Part shown: positions 63,938 through 64,000 of the stretch, in pieces
How the letters are laid out: each line of letters starts with the position of its first letter
Numbering within the stretch: the stretch's first letter is position 1
Source: Proteromonas lacertae
Taxonomy: Eukaryota
Direction of reading: 5' to 3'
DNA length: 64,000 nucleotides
Assembly (NCBI GenBank): GCA_002245135.1
Contig: NGBS01000595.1
Span: 1-64,000, forward strand
The notes under the pieces: model-generated
Databases searched by the model: none
Seen by the model: the letters and a program-made list of their open reading frames with translations, nothing else
What the model was told of the DNA's origin: nothing
Made by a program: the position numbers and the translations under genes

Positions 63938-64000
63938 TTCAATTATTAGTTGTTTTACTCTATTATTCTTTTATTTGTTAATAATGAAAATATTTATCAT

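Overview
AT-rich eukaryotic DNA with tiny GT-AG introns (mostly about 25-37 nt) and very tight gene packing. This suggests a Blastocystis-like stramenopile (inference only). Layout: (i) 0.7-24.2 kb is an island of about 16 small membrane-anchored glycan-modifying genes (GT31 x3, GT2, GT10, GT15, GT77, fucosyltransferase, FkbM, LicD, CgtA-like, DUF229), with two ATGA stop/start overlaps and several pseudogenes. (ii) 24.5-28.5 kb is an hAT element with a perfect 8-bp TSD whose interior is replaced by a Tc1 transposase and host-gene fragments. (iii) 28.8-36.9 kb is a housekeeping block (NOP2 with three intronic box C/D snoRNA copies, LRR gene, HRD1, PSF1). (iv) 37-45 kb is a nest of transposons: pPolB fragment, pogo, nested foldback MITEs, and a Pack-MULE carrying MCM5, kinase and HSP70 fragments. 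(v) 45.5-49.9 kb is a Crinkler/RHS-type tandem NTPase-REase gene. (vi) 51-56 kb is a decayed endogenous Polinton/adintovirus-like virus (capsid genes plus pPolB). (vii) 56.7-64 kb holds a duplicated unknown gene, a G-protein gamma gene missing from the ORF track, and a pseudokinase-LRR gene. Several ~620-bp foldback elements with TGT...ACA ends, 5-bp TSDs and a shared central motif recur throughout. All family calls come from motif recognition by eye; no searches were run.
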